Below are positions 21,959-31,555 of a stretch of DNA of 64,000 nt, in pieces (position 1 is the stretch's first letter; each line of letters begins with the position of its first letter). Below the pieces are notes generated by a model. The model saw only the letters and a program-made list of their open reading frames with translations, was not told the origin of the DNA and ran no database searches. The stretch lies in the NCBI GenBank assembly GCA_028714895.1, contig JAQTLM010000007.1, forward strand, positions 41,685-105,684. Direction: 5' to 3'. Both the position numbers and the translations under genes were made by a program. This stretch comes from Gallionella sp. GTDB taxonomy: Bacteria; Pseudomonadota; Gammaproteobacteria; Burkholderiales; Gallionellaceae.

Positions 21959-22606
21959 ATGGATTTGCTTGCCGCATTCATCGACATCATCCTGCATCTG
22001 GACGCTCACCTGCTGGCGCTCACCCAGCAATACGGCATATGGGTATACGCCATCCTGTTCCTGATCATCTATTGCGAGACCGGACTGGTGGTGATGCCCT
22101 TTCTGCCCGGCGATTCGCTGCTGTTTGTGGCGGGTGCGCTGTGCGGTTTGGGCGCGTTGCGGCTGGAATGGCTTGCGCCGCTGCTGATGCTGGCGGCGTT
22201 CGGCGGCGACAACACCAATTACTGGATCGGCAGGTTGATCGGGCTGCGCTTGCTGAAGCGCACGAACGGGCTCATCAAGCGCGAACACATCGACAAGACC
22301 CACGCCTTCTATGAGAAGCATGGCGGCAAAACTATCCTGTTCGCGCGCTTCCTGCCTATCGTCCGCACTTTTGCACCGTTCGTGGCGGGTATCGGGCTGA
22401 TGCGCTACCGTCTGTTCATGCTGTTCAGCGCGCTGGGCAGCCTGGCGTGGATCGGCAGTCTTACCGTGGCGGGTTATTTTTTCGGCAACATCCCGGTTAT
22501 CAAAAACAACCTCACCCTGATGATTCTCGGCATCATCGCCATCTCGTTCCTGCCCGCCATCCGCGAATTCATCCGCCACCGTCGCCAGACTAGGGTGGCG
22601 CGTTAG
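21959..22606 (+). CDS. dedA: DedA family membrane protein
   Basis: ETGLVVMPFLPGDSLLF, GDNTNYWIG, ARFLPIVRTFAPFVAG. Confidence 0.9.
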   Translation: MDLLAAFIDIILHLDAHLLALTQQYGIWVYAILFLIIYCETGLVVMPFLPGDSLLFVAGALCGLGALRLEWLAPLLMLAAFGGDNTNYWIGRLIGLRLLKRTNGLIKREHIDKTHAFYEKHGGKTILFARFLPIVRTFAPFVAGIGLMRYRLFMLFSALGSLAWIGSLTVAGYFFGNIPVIKNNLTLMILGIIAISFLPAIREFIRHRRQTRVAR

Positions 22607-22730
22607 TGCCGGGTACCCTACGGTGGCGGCCATGGCCAACATTTTGAAACAATTATGTTTGAACATTTGGGTGGATGCCAAGTCATAATGCCGTCCCGTG
22701 ATTAACGGGGGTTTACAAAGGAGCGAAAAA

Positions 22731-23456
22731 ATGAAGAAAAGTCTGTTGGTATTGAGCCTGATTTCCTTGTATGGCAGCGCATTCGCGGCGGATTTCACCG
22801 ACACCGCGCGCGTGGTTTCCAGTACCCCGATCTACGAACGTGTTACGGAACCGAAGCGCGAGTGCTGGACGGAAACCGTGCAGGTCGCGCCTAAAGAACG
22901 CTCCATGGGCGGCGCGGTAGTCGGCGGTGTCGCCGGCGGCCTGCTGGGTAGCCAGGTTGGCGGGGGCAAAGGCAGTACGGCTGCGACCGGCGCCGGTGCG
23001 GTGGCCGGTGCGGTGATCGGCGACCGTGTGTCCAACCCGGACAGCAACCGTTCCGCAACCGGCGCGGTAGTCGGCGGTGTGGCTGGCGCGTTGCTGGGCA
23101 GCCAGATTGGCGGCGGCACGGGTAACAAGGCCGCAACTGCAGCGGGTGGTATTGCCGGTGTGATGATTGGTGATCGTGTCGCCAACCCGGATCAGCCGCG
23201 TACCGAACAAGTGGAGCGCTGCCGCCAAGTTGATTCCAGCCGCGAAGTGATCAAGGGCTACAACGTGACCTACCGCTACAACGGACAGGACATCACCACC
23301 ACTCTGCCGTACCAACCCGGCTCGACTATCCGTGTGGGTGTGAGCGTCATCGATGATCAACAAGGCCAACGTTATGAAGAGCCGCAAAAACGGCGTAATG
23401 AAGGGCTACAAGGTCGACGTTATGAAGGTCGTAGTGATAGACCTAATTATCAGTAA
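22731..23456 (+). CDS. Exported glycine-zipper 2TM protein (YcfJ-like) with tandem zippers
   Basis: Signal peptide, ARVVSSTP, two GAVVGGVAG.LLGSQ.GGG.G..AAT repeats, GYNVTYRYNG. Confidence 0.85.
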   Translation: MKKSLLVLSLISLYGSAFAADFTDTARVVSSTPIYERVTEPKRECWTETVQVAPKERSMGGAVVGGVAGGLLGSQVGGGKGSTAATGAGAVAGAVIGDRVSNPDSNRSATGAVVGGVAGALLGSQIGGGTGNKAATAAGGIAGVMIGDRVANPDQPRTEQVERCRQVDSSREVIKGYNVTYRYNGQDITTTLPYQPGSTIRVGVSVIDDQQGQRYEEPQKRRNEGLQGRRYEGRSDRPNYQ

Positions 23457-23465
23457 TTGCTACTT

Positions 23466-23494
23466 AAAAAAGCCCGGCTTAGTCCGGGCTTTTT
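23466..23494. terminator. Bidirectional intrinsic terminator
   Basis: AAAAAAGCCCGG-CTTAGT-CCGGGCTTTTT between convergent genes. Confidence 0.85.
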
Positions 23495-23496
23495 AC

Positions 23497-23584
23497 CGCT
23501 ATGTGGTAGCTGTTGCACTTTCCCCATCCCGGCAGACTAATGAATCTGCTGGGACGGGGAAAGTGCAACAGCTACCACATAGCG
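23497..23584. repeat. 88-bp palindrome (40-bp arms, 2 mismatches, 8-nt loop)
   Basis: CGCTATGTGGTAGCTGTTGCACTTTCCCCATCCCGGCAGA / TCTGCTGGGACGGGGAAAGTGCAACAGCTACCACATAGCG. Confidence 0.92.
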
Positions 23585-23603
23585 CTTTGTTCGCTAGCGG
23601 GAA

Positions 23604-23629
23604 TTAGCCGAATCTGCCGGTAATGTAGT
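23604..23629 (-). repeat. Orphan synonymous copy of the pstB 3' end (YITGRFG-stop)
   Basis: 22/26 identity to 23680-23705; all 4 differences are at third codon positions. Confidence 0.85.
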
Positions 23630-23679
23630 GGCTACGGCATAACCTGAAGGTAAGTCTGCGCCGCTACATAACAGGCAGG

Positions 23680-24468
23680 TTAACCAAATCTGCCTGTTAT
23701 GTAGTCCTCGGTTTCCTTGCGTTTCGGGTTGGTGAACACCGTGCTGGTGTCGCCGAACTCGATCAAATCCCCCAGATACATATAGGCGGTGAAATCGGAG
23801 ACGCGCGCGGCTTGCTGCATGTTGTGCGTGACGATGACGATGGTGAAGTCTTCCTTCAGTTCGTCGATCAGTTTTTCGATGTGCGCGGTCGAGATCGGGT
23901 CGAGCGCCGAGGTCGGTTCATCCAGCAGCAAAACTTGCGGCTTGACGGCGATGGCGCGCGCGATGCACAGGCGCTGCTGCTGCCCGCCGGACAGGCTGGT
24001 GCCGCTTTGTTTGAGCTTGTCCTTGGCTTCAGTCCACAGCGCGGCTTTGCGCAATGCCCATTCGACACGCTCATCCATGTCATTCTTGCTGAGACTTTCA
24101 TACAGTTTTACGCCAAACGCGATATTGTCGTAAATCGACATCGGGAACGGAGTGGGCTTCTGGAACACCATGCCAATCTTGGCGCGCAGCATGTTCAGGT
24201 CCTGCTTTTTGTCGAGGATATTTTCGCCGTCCAGCAGGATTTCCCCGGCGGCTTTCTGCTTGGGGTAGAGCTGATACATGCGGTTGAAGGTACGCAACAG
24301 TGTGGATTTGCCGCAACCGGACGGGCCGATGAAGGCGGTCACCATTTTTTCGGCGATGCTCAGGTTGATGTCCTTGAGCGCGCGGTAGTCCCCGTAATAA
24401 AAGTTGAGATCCCTGACAATTATCTTTGGGACGGTTATTTTTGGATTGGCGATGTTTTCGGCAGTCAT
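23680..24468 (-). CDS. pstB: Phosphate ABC transporter ATP-binding protein
   Basis: [51 protein letters not shown]. Confidence 0.97.
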   Translation of the reverse strand: MTAENIANPKITVPKIIVRDLNFYYGDYRALKDINLSIAEKMVTAFIGPSGCGKSTLLRTFNRMYQLYPKQKAAGEILLDGENILDKKQDLNMLRAKIGMVFQKPTPFPMSIYDNIAFGVKLYESLSKNDMDERVEWALRKAALWTEAKDKLKQSGTSLSGGQQQRLCIARAIAVKPQVLLLDEPTSALDPISTAHIEKLIDELKEDFTIVIVTHNMQQAARVSDFTAYMYLGDLIEFGDTSTVFTNPKRKETEDYITGRFG

Positions 24469-24480
24469 TTGTGAACCTTG

Positions 24481-25326
24481 TTAATGAGAGGCGGCCTTTT
24501 GCCGGAACAGCACGCGCGCCAGGATATTGAGTGTCAGTACGCTAAGGGTAATCAGCAGCGCGCCGGCCCATGCCAATTTTTGCCAGTCTTCATAAGGGCT
24601 CATGGCGAACTGGAAAATCACCACCGGCAAGTTCGCCATCGGCTGGTTCATATTGCTGTTCCAGAACTGGTTGTTCAGCGCGGTGAACAGCAGCGGCGCG
24701 GTTTCGCCGCTGATGCGCGCGATGGCCAGCATCACGCCGGTGATAATTCCGGCACGCGCGGCGCGCAAGGTGACGAAGTTGATGATTTTCCATTGCGGCG
24801 CGCCGAGTGCCGCTGCCGCTTCGCGCAGCGTGGTCGGCACCAGGCGCAACATGTTTTCGGTGGTGCGGATGACGATGGGAATGACGATGATGGATAACGC
24901 TAACGCGCCTGCCCAACCGGAAAAATGCTTGATGTGAACGACATAAACTTCGTACACGAATAATCCGATGACAATGGAGGGCGCGGAGAGCAATACGTCG
25001 TTGATGAAGCGCGTGATCGGGGCGAGCCAGCCGCGCTGGCCGAATTCGGCCAGATAGGTTCCGGCCAAAATACCGATGGGGGTGCCGATCAGCGTGCCGA
25101 CCAGCGTCATCATCAGGCTGCCGGCAATGGCGTTGAGCAGTCCGCCGCTGCTGCCCGGTGGCGGGGTCATCTGCGCGAACACTACCGGGGCGAGCGCAGG
25201 CAAGCCATGCTCCAGCAATGTCCATAGAATCCAGCACAGCCAAAACAGGCCGAATGCCATGGCCAGTATTGAGATGGCGAGGCCGACGGCGTTGATGATG
25301 CGGCGGCGCGTATAGAGGCTCAGCAT
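24481..25326 (-). CDS. pstA: Phosphate ABC transporter permease PstA
   Basis: Start MLSLYTRRR inside the longer ORF; [32 protein letters not shown]. Confidence 0.95.
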   Translation of the reverse strand: MLSLYTRRRIINAVGLAISILAMAFGLFWLCWILWTLLEHGLPALAPVVFAQMTPPPGSSGGLLNAIAGSLMMTLVGTLIGTPIGILAGTYLAEFGQRGWLAPITRFINDVLLSAPSIVIGLFVYEVYVVHIKHFSGWAGALALSIIVIPIVIRTTENMLRLVPTTLREAAAALGAPQWKIINFVTLRAARAGIITGVMLAIARISGETAPLLFTALNNQFWNSNMNQPMANLPVVIFQFAMSPYEDWQKLAWAGALLITLSVLTLNILARVLFRQKAASH

Positions 25327-25328
25327 GG

Positions 25329-26291
25329 TTACGAGACCTGCCCTTCGCGTTGCCCGAGCTTGTAGAGCATGTAGCGCGCGAGCGACAAGACCACAAAGGT
25401 GATGAAGAACAGGATCAGGCCGAGTTCGATCAGCGCGGAGGTATAGAGCTCCCCGTAGGCCTCGGTGAATTCGTTGGCGAGCGCCGAGGCAATACTGTTG
25501 CCCGGCATCAATAAGGATTTGCTCAGTTCGTGCGAATTGCCGATGACGAAGGTGACGGCCATTGTTTCGCCCAGCGCGCGTCCCAATCCCAGCATGATGC
25601 CGCCGACCACGCCGATCTTGGTGTAGGGCAGCACAACTTTCCACATGACTTCCCAAGTGGTTGCACCCAAGCCATAGGCCGATTCTTTCAGCAAGGTGGG
25701 TACTACTTCGAACACGTCGCGCATCACCGACGCGATAAACGGGATCACCATGATGGCAAGAATAATGCCGGCGGCCAGCATGCCGATGCCCATCGGCGGG
25801 CCGGAGAAGAGCGGACCGATGTACGGCATCGTGCCGATATGGTCGTTGAGCCAGGGCTCGACATGATCGGCAAACAGCGGCGCAAACACGAACAATCCCC
25901 ACATGCCGTAGATGATGCTGGGAATGCCCGCCAGCAATTCGATGGCGACACCGAGTGGGCGGCGCAGAATGCGCGGTGATAGTTCAGTCAGAAAAATGGC
26001 GATGCCGAAGCTGACCGGAATGGCGATCAGCAGCGCGATAGCGGAGGTGACCAGCGTGCCGACTATCGGGATCAGCGCGCCGAATTTGTCGTTGACCGGG
26101 TCCCAATCAGAACTGGTCAGGAAGCCGAAGCCAAACGTATGGATGGCAGGCATGCTGCCCACCAACAGTGAGCCGATGATGGCGGCGAGCAAAATCAGTA
26201 CGCCAAATGCCGAGACGCGCGTCAGATTGCGGAACAGCAGGTCCAATACGGTGTGCCGTTTAAGGCTTGCTTCGCGTAAAAACATCGGCAT
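25329..26291 (-). CDS. pstC: Phosphate ABC transporter permease PstC
   Basis: [38 protein letters not shown]. Confidence 0.95.
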   Translation of the reverse strand: MPMFLREASLKRHTVLDLLFRNLTRVSAFGVLILLAAIIGSLLVGSMPAIHTFGFGFLTSSDWDPVNDKFGALIPIVGTLVTSAIALLIAIPVSFGIAIFLTELSPRILRRPLGVAIELLAGIPSIIYGMWGLFVFAPLFADHVEPWLNDHIGTMPYIGPLFSGPPMGIGMLAAGIILAIMVIPFIASVMRDVFEVVPTLLKESAYGLGATTWEVMWKVVLPYTKIGVVGGIMLGLGRALGETMAVTFVIGNSHELSKSLLMPGNSIASALANEFTEAYGELYTSALIELGLILFFITFVVLSLARYMLYKLGQREGQVS

Positions 26292-26316
26292 AATTTGAGT
26301 TAGTCAATAAAAAATA

Positions 26317-26336
26317 GCGGGGGCAAGAACCCCCGC
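26317..26336 (-). terminator. Hairpin between pstS and pstC (terminator or mRNA stabiliser)
   Basis: GCGGGGG-CAAGAA-CCCCCGC; T-rich tail on the minus strand. Confidence 0.55.
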
Positions 26337-26359
26337 GATTATAACTTGGGAATACCGGT

Positions 26360-27409
26360 TTATTGCACCAATGCCTTGCCGGTTGCGTCCTTGATTTGTG
26401 CTTTCCATGCGGCACGAATCAGTTTTACGACATTTTCCGGTAGTGGCACGTAATCCAGGTCGGCAGCCAGTTTGCCGCCCTTGTCATAAGTCCAGTCAAA
26501 GAACTTCAGCACTTCCTTGCCGGCTTCCGGTTTTTCCTGCACCTTGTGCATCAGCACGAAAGTCGCGCCGCTGATCGGCCAGCTTTCCTTGCCCGCCTCG
26601 TCGGTCAGGATTTTATAGAAACCCGGTGCCTTGTCCCATTGCGCGCCGGCGGCGGCAGCCTTGAAACTGCGATCCTCCGGCTTGATGAATTGGCCGTCGC
26701 GATTCTTCATCTGCACGGTATTCATCTTGTTTTGCAGCGCGTAGGCATACTCCACATATCCGATAGTGTTCTTCATCCGTTGCACGTTGGCAGCCACACC
26801 TTCGTTGCCTTTTCCGCCGATCCCGGCTTTCCAGGAAACTGCGGTGCTTTCACCCACGGCAGATTTCCATTCGGCGCTGACTTTGGACAGGTAGTTGGTG
26901 AAGATGAAGGTGGTGCCGGAACCATCCGAGCGATGCACCACCGTGATATTGTCGGCGGGCAGCTTGAGGTCCTTGTTCAGCGCCACCAGCGCGGGGTCAT
27001 TCCATTTGGTGATCTTGCCCAGGTAGATATTGGCCAGCGTCGCGCCATCCAGTTTCAATTGGCCTGCGCCGATGTCCTTTATATTGACCACCGGAACCAC
27101 GCCGCCGATCACGGTCGGGAACTGCATCAGGCCGTTCTTGTCGAGTTCTTCCGGTTTGAGCGGCATATCGGACGCGCCGAAATCCACGGTCTTGGCGGTG
27201 ATCTGCTTGATGCCGCCGCCGGAGCCGATGGACTGGTAATTCATGCCCACGCCGGTCTGCGCCTTATATGCTTCGGCCCATTTGGCATAGATCGGATAAG
27301 GGAAGGTCGCGCCCGCGCCGGTGATGCCGGTTGCCCGGCTCGCGCCGGCGCAAGCCAGCGCAGCGGCGGCCGTGATGACGATGACGAATTGTCTGAGTTT
27401 GCCGTTCAT
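26360..27409 (-). CDS. pstS: Phosphate ABC transporter substrate-binding protein
   Basis: TGAGATFPYP, YQSIGSGGG, DFGASD, RSDGSGTT, IGYVEYAYA. Confidence 0.97.
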   Translation of the reverse strand: MNGKLRQFVIVITAAAALACAGASRATGITGAGATFPYPIYAKWAEAYKAQTGVGMNYQSIGSGGGIKQITAKTVDFGASDMPLKPEELDKNGLMQFPTVIGGVVPVVNIKDIGAGQLKLDGATLANIYLGKITKWNDPALVALNKDLKLPADNITVVHRSDGSGTTFIFTNYLSKVSAEWKSAVGESTAVSWKAGIGGKGNEGVAANVQRMKNTIGYVEYAYALQNKMNTVQMKNRDGQFIKPEDRSFKAAAAGAQWDKAPGFYKILTDEAGKESWPISGATFVLMHKVQEKPEAGKEVLKFFDWTYDKGGKLAADLDYVPLPENVVKLIRAAWKAQIKDATGKALVQ

Positions 27410-27503
27410 AGTGCCTCCATGATGTGTTTGTTGCAGCCGGTGTTGCCGCCAACCGGGGTAAGCCGGCAACGCTTTGATGCGGAGCGCATGTTAGGGCGTT
27501 TGT

Positions 27504-27521
27504 ATGACAGGATTGTTACAG
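27504..27521 (-). promoter_or_regulatory. Pho box (PhoB site) upstream of pstS
   Basis: Minus strand CTGTAAC-AATC-CTGTCAT (7-4-7 direct repeat), followed by a TAACAT -10-like element. Confidence 0.85.
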
Positions 27522-27552
27522 GCTGAGAAATAGCGGAAATGCAAAATTCAGG

Positions 27553-27581
27553 TTGAACATTCCGGATTCATTCGGTAGAAT
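27553..27581 (+). promoter_or_regulatory. Sigma70-type promoter of rpmB-rpmG
   Basis: TTGAAC-17 nt-TAGAAT. Confidence 0.65.
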
Positions 27582-27615
27582 CCGCGCTCTTTTGAAAATC
27601 GGTTGGAGTAGAGCT

Positions 27616-27852
27616 ATGGCACGTGTCTGTCAAGTGACGGGAAAAGGCCCGATGACTGGGAACAATGTTTCCCATGCAAATAACAAAACCAAGCGTCGTT
27701 TCTTGCCTAATCTGCAACGTCGCCGCTTCTGGGTTGAAAGTGAAAATCGCTGGGTCAGCTTGCGCTTGACCAATGCAGCGCTGCGCACCATCGACAAGAA
27801 TGGTATCGACGCAGTGTTGTTCGAGATTCGCGCCCGTGGCGTGAACGTTTAA
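27616..27852 (+). CDS. rpmB: 50S ribosomal protein L28
   Basis: [29 protein letters not shown]. Confidence 0.97.
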   Translation: MARVCQVTGKGPMTGNNVSHANNKTKRRFLPNLQRRRFWVESENRWVSLRLTNAALRTIDKNGIDAVLFEIRARGVNV

Positions 27853-27864
27853 GGAGGCTGGAAA

Positions 27865-28020
27865 ATGCGCGAAAAGATCAAACTTGAATCCAGTGCCGGC
27901 ACCGGTCACTTTTACACTACGACCAAGAACAAGCGCACCACACCGGGAAAGATCGAAATGAAGAAGTTTGATCCCAAGGTACGCAAGCACGTCATGTACA
28001 AGGAAACCAAGCTGAAGTAA
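27865..28020 (+). CDS. rpmG: 50S ribosomal protein L33 (51 aa, Zn-free type)
   Basis: Hand translation [51 protein letters not shown]; RBS AAGGAGG. Confidence 0.97.
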   Translation: MREKIKLESSAGTGHFYTTTKNKRTTPGKIEMKKFDPKVRKHVMYKETKLK

Positions 28021-28041
28021 TTCGGCCCGGCTTCACAGTAC

Positions 28042-28069
28042 AAAAAAACCCGCTCAGGCGGGTTTTTTT
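28042..28069. terminator. Bidirectional intrinsic terminator
   Basis: AAAAAAACCCGC-TCAG-GCGGGTTTTTTT. Confidence 0.88.
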
Positions 28070-28093
28070 GTTTTCGGCCCTGCGTGAACTGTA

Positions 28094-28645
28094 TCAGGCA
28101 GTGTGCTTTTTCACCCATACGACATACTGGTCCATCCAGTTTTGCAGGAATTTTTTGCTGCCTGCCCCGATGTTACCGGCCTCGTCAAACAATCCCTCTT
28201 TTACCTGGATAAATGCTTCGGGTTGTCCAAGCGTCGGGATGTCCAGAGTCGCGAGAATGTTGCGCAAATGCTGTTGTGCCATGGCCGTGCCGGTCGCACC
28301 GGGCGAAGCGCCCAACACACCGGCGGGCTTGCCCGCCCAAGCGCTCTGGCCATAGGGGCGCGAGGCATGATCGATTGCGTTTTTGAGTACGCCGGGGATT
28401 GAGCGGTTGTATTCGGGAGTGACGAACAGCAGACCCTGGGCAGCCACGATTTCAGCCTTCAGCCGCTTGACGGATTCGGCCTGGTTCGCGTCATCGTCCT
28501 GGTTGTAAAGCGGCAAGTCGCCGATTTGCACTTGCTTGAACGAGAACTCCGGCGGTGCCAATCTTGCAACGGCGCTCGCCAGCTTGCGGTTGAACGAATC
28601 CTGACGAAGGCTTCCGACGACAACGGTGATTTGGTATTTGCTCAT
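28094..28645 (-). CDS. NADPH-dependent FMN reductase (ChrR/YieF-like flavoprotein)
   Basis: GSLRQDSFN, TPEYNRSIPGVLKNAID, ASPGATG. Confidence 0.9.
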   Translation of the reverse strand: MSKYQITVVVGSLRQDSFNRKLASAVARLAPPEFSFKQVQIGDLPLYNQDDDANQAESVKRLKAEIVAAQGLLFVTPEYNRSIPGVLKNAIDHASRPYGQSAWAGKPAGVLGASPGATGTAMAQQHLRNILATLDIPTLGQPEAFIQVKEGLFDEAGNIGAGSKKFLQNWMDQYVVWVKKHTA

Positions 28646-28765
28646 GACGATCTCCTGTAAAGGTTATAGACGTATTGGCTGTGCTCCGTGCTTTACTGCG
28701 TGTGTTAATAAAATGGTAGCGCAGATGGCGTTCCACCTTTGCTGCGCATGATGGGCAAACTCCGG

Positions 28766-29554
28766 CTATTTATGCGGAGCGGCGCTGAATGTCATCACAA
28801 ATTTCCACTGCGTAACAGGGGAGGTGCGGTATATCGCATGCTTTGTGGCATTGTCGAACTCGTAGGTGACGTCCCCCGACGTCCCGGACAACATCTCGTT
28901 CGCAGCCTTCTTGAGCGTCTCGCTGCCCAATTCCCGTGGGTCCAGGAAGTGCCGATCCGTCCTGCTGTGAAGGGTGGTCAGGCCGTTCGGGGCCATGGCG
29001 AAAAAGGCGGCATCTGCCCGAAGGTCGAAGGCGGAACCGATCTGATCGGAGAGCCTGTCAAGAAAAAGCGATGCGCCGATCGCGCCGACAACCTTGCCGT
29101 TCTTCTTGATGGGAACTGCGATCACGGCGGAACGCTGGCCGGTGCTTTTGCTGACGACCAGCGCGCCGGTGATATTCATGCCCGCCATGAGATCCGGGAA
29201 ATAGTTCCGGTCGCTCAGCTTCACATTCATGAGTCCTTGGTCGACGGTGTAATAGATCCCGTCGGGACGGACATACCAGACGATGAGCCCATCATCCGAT
29301 TTCTGATAACCACTCAGCAGGCCCTTCATGCTATCCCACTTGCCTGATCTCCCCTCAGCCGTGGAGGCCAATATTTCGAGGCTCCGTTGAACGGAGCCGA
29401 TGCGCAAGTCCGTGTAAGACATAAAGGCGGACAGCAGGCTTTGCGCATCCTTCCCCGGAGATGGCCTGGCCTCCGACGGGGGCTGGGCGAAGACGAGAGC
29501 CGGCATCACAAGCATGAACAAAATGATGCCCAGAAAAAAGTCTTTCTTGATCAT
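28766..29554 (-). CDS. Exported stand-alone Cache-domain protein
   Basis: Signal peptide; dCache-like motifs DRNYF, ALVVSKSTGQRSAVIAVPI..GKVVGAIG, TTLHSRTD; no cytoplasmic output domain. Confidence 0.7.
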   Translation of the reverse strand: MIKKDFFLGIILFMLVMPALVFAQPPSEARPSPGKDAQSLLSAFMSYTDLRIGSVQRSLEILASTAEGRSGKWDSMKGLLSGYQKSDDGLIVWYVRPDGIYYTVDQGLMNVKLSDRNYFPDLMAGMNITGALVVSKSTGQRSAVIAVPIKKNGKVVGAIGASLFLDRLSDQIGSAFDLRADAAFFAMAPNGLTTLHSRTDRHFLDPRELGSETLKKAANEMLSGTSGDVTYEFDNATKHAIYRTSPVTQWKFVMTFSAAPHK

Positions 29555-29785
29555 ATTTTTCCCCTCCTTGGAATAGCAGGCACTGGCCTGAACAGATGGC
29601 GTTGCAACGGCTAAAACTCAAGGAACAGTCCTGAAGCAACATGTTCTTTATAGCTTGTTTATCAAGAATTTGGAACCTGCCCGGAAGAGCGTATCACCGT
29701 TTCCTCGGCAGGTTTGTTTTTTGTAATGGCTGCGGCAAGGATTCAGTGCGGTGGCTTATGAAGAGTGGCAAGCCTTTTTTGACCT

Positions 29786-29873
29786 GTAGCCCGGATGAAG
29801 CGAAGCGGAATCCGGGGGAGCAGTGGGCGTATCCGAAAGTGCTCCGGATTGCATTGCATTTCATCCGGGCTAC
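29786..29873. repeat. GTAG-family REP doublet; supplies the stop codon of the 29870 gene
   Basis: GTAGCCCGGATGAAGCGAAGCGGAATCCGGG ... CCGGATTGCATTGCATTTCATCCGGGCTAC. Confidence 0.82.
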
Positions 29874-30151
29874 GCTCGCTTGGCATAGTTTCCAACCCAA
29901 CTGACCAGAATGCCAGAGCATACCGCCAGCACAAGACATATAAGCGGGTAATGCCACCACTCCAGATGCAACCTGCCTGACTTTTCAATTAAGGCAAGCC
30001 CAACTGTCATAAGCAAAGGAATTTGGATAATGGAAGCACCAAAGACCGGAACCTGACCTAGAGCGCCGCCCTCGGTCACATAGCTTGTTCGCAGATTAAA
30101 TACCAGCACCAGCAAAGCTATTAGCAGGAGAAAAATTCCAAGCATGAGCAT
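29870..30151 (-). CDS. Small hypothetical membrane protein (about 3 TM)
   Basis: 93-aa hydrophobic ORF in an AT-richer segment; no family recognised. Confidence 0.55.
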   Translation of the reverse strand: MLMLGIFLLLIALLVLVFNLRTSYVTEGGALGQVPVFGASIIQIPLLMTVGLALIEKSGRLHLEWWHYPLICLVLAVCSGILVSWVGNYAKRA

Positions 30152-30179
30152 ATTTTTCTAAACTACTTGGAAAGACGCC

Positions 30180-30527
30180 TTAACCCTGCACCCAGGCCAG
30201 CGCCTCATCGTAATCGTTGAACACCTCAATGTCGGCGTCGATGAACAGACGCGACAGCCAGGCTTGCCAGGTGAGCCATTGGTCGGTGGTGACCACGGCG
30301 ATCTTGCTGAAGTCGTGGTTGTGTTCGCGGCTGAAGAATTTGATTTCCTCCCATGCGACATCCACGGTGTAGTCGATCATTCCGCGCAGGTCGAACAGCA
30401 GGTTCAGCGGGCCGGGGGACTTGAGCTTGTACAGCGATTGTTCCTCGAAAGTCTTGAAATCGGCAAGGGTGAATTCGCCGATCACGGCGACGTTGACGAG
30501 GTTGTCGGTTTGTTCGATGGTGATCAT
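30180..30527 (-). CDS. SpoIIAA-like (STAS/SEC14) domain protein
   Basis: LLFDLRGM, WEEIKF, KIAVVTTDQW, IEVF..YDEALAW; start overlaps the upstream stop. Confidence 0.8.
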   Translation of the reverse strand: MITIEQTDNLVNVAVIGEFTLADFKTFEEQSLYKLKSPGPLNLLFDLRGMIDYTVDVAWEEIKFFSREHNHDFSKIAVVTTDQWLTWQAWLSRLFIDADIEVFNDYDEALAWVQG

Positions 30528-31384
30528 GTTGTTCCTTCTTTTGGCGGGTGTTGAGGTGACAGGCGCAAGCTTAGCACACCGCTGGCGATGATGAACGCCA
30601 TGCCCAGCCAACTGCCCAGGCTGAGGGTCTCGTCCCACAGCAGCATGCCGAACAGGCTGGCGAACACGATGGTGCTGTAGGCCAGGCTGCCGACCACCAG
30701 CGTCCTGCCGGTGCGGTAAGCGCGCGTCATGGCGAGTTGCGCGAGGGTGGCGGAACTGCCCAGCCCGAGCAGGATGGCGAAGCCTTCAAGCGTGATCGCA
30801 TGCACGGTGCCAAACAGCATCCAGACGCCGCTGCCGAGGGTGGCGATCAGGCTGAAATAGAGCACGGTGCGCGTGTCCGGTTCGCCGATCATGGCGAGCT
30901 GTTTGACGTTGAGGTACGCGACCCCGGCGAGGAAGCCGGAGATCAGTCCGAGCAGGCCGGGCAGCAGTTGGTCCTGCTGGAGCGTCGGTTGCAGCAGCAA
31001 CACCACGCCGCAGAACCCCATGCCGATCGCGATGGTCAGCGGCAGGTGGAAACGATCCTTGAACACCAGCATGGTGAGGAGGGTGAGGAACAGCGGCGCG
31101 GTGTAGTTGAGCGTGACGGCGGTGGCGAGCGGCAGCACGGTGATGCAGTAGAAGAACAGCGCGAGGGCTACCGAGCCGGAAATGCCGCGCCACAAGTGGT
31201 TGCGCCAGTGTTGCGTGGCAACGCCGATGTGTTGCTGGCGCATGATGCCGTACACCAGCAGCAGGCCGAAAAACGAGCGGTAGAACACCAGCTCAACATA
31301 CGAAAAGTGCGCCGCGCCGAGCTTGACGAACACCCCCATGCAGCCGAACAGCAATCCGGCGACCAGCATCCAGGATGATTTCAT
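30524..31384 (-). CDS. DMT (EamA) family transporter
   Basis: About 10 TM; ELVFYRS, PLATAVTLNYTAPLF, AQLAMTRAY. Confidence 0.88.
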   Translation of the reverse strand: MKSSWMLVAGLLFGCMGVFVKLGAAHFSYVELVFYRSFFGLLLVYGIMRQQHIGVATQHWRNHLWRGISGSVALALFFYCITVLPLATAVTLNYTAPLFLTLLTMLVFKDRFHLPLTIAIGMGFCGVVLLLQPTLQQDQLLPGLLGLISGFLAGVAYLNVKQLAMIGEPDTRTVLYFSLIATLGSGVWMLFGTVHAITLEGFAILLGLGSSATLAQLAMTRAYRTGRTLVVGSLAYSTIVFASLFGMLLWDETLSLGSWLGMAFIIASGVLSLRLSPQHPPKEGTT

Positions 31385-31452
31385 GCGGGGTTACTCATTA
31401 GGTGGTTTCTTGGGCATTGCCTTATTTATAGAGCCGGCCATTAAATAGTTTT

Positions 31453-31555
31453 GTAGGCTGGCGGTGAGGCACGAACCCCAGCCGCTTCGACAGGCTCAGG
31501 ACAGGCATGTTCGAGGTCACCAAACGCTGGGGTTCGTGCCTCTCCGCCAGCCTAC
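31453..31555. repeat. GTAG REP doublet (30-bp arms, 1 mismatch) with an embedded CTTCGACAGGCTCAG repeat
   Basis: GTAGGCTGGCGGTGAGGCACGAACCCCAGC ... GCTGGGGTTCGTGCCTCTCCGCCAGCCTAC. Confidence 0.85.

Noticed and set aside
20849-22804. 651-aa antisense ORF over secD/secF/dedA
   Set aside because: Shadow ORF from high-GC codon bias; no domain signal; opposite well-supported genes.
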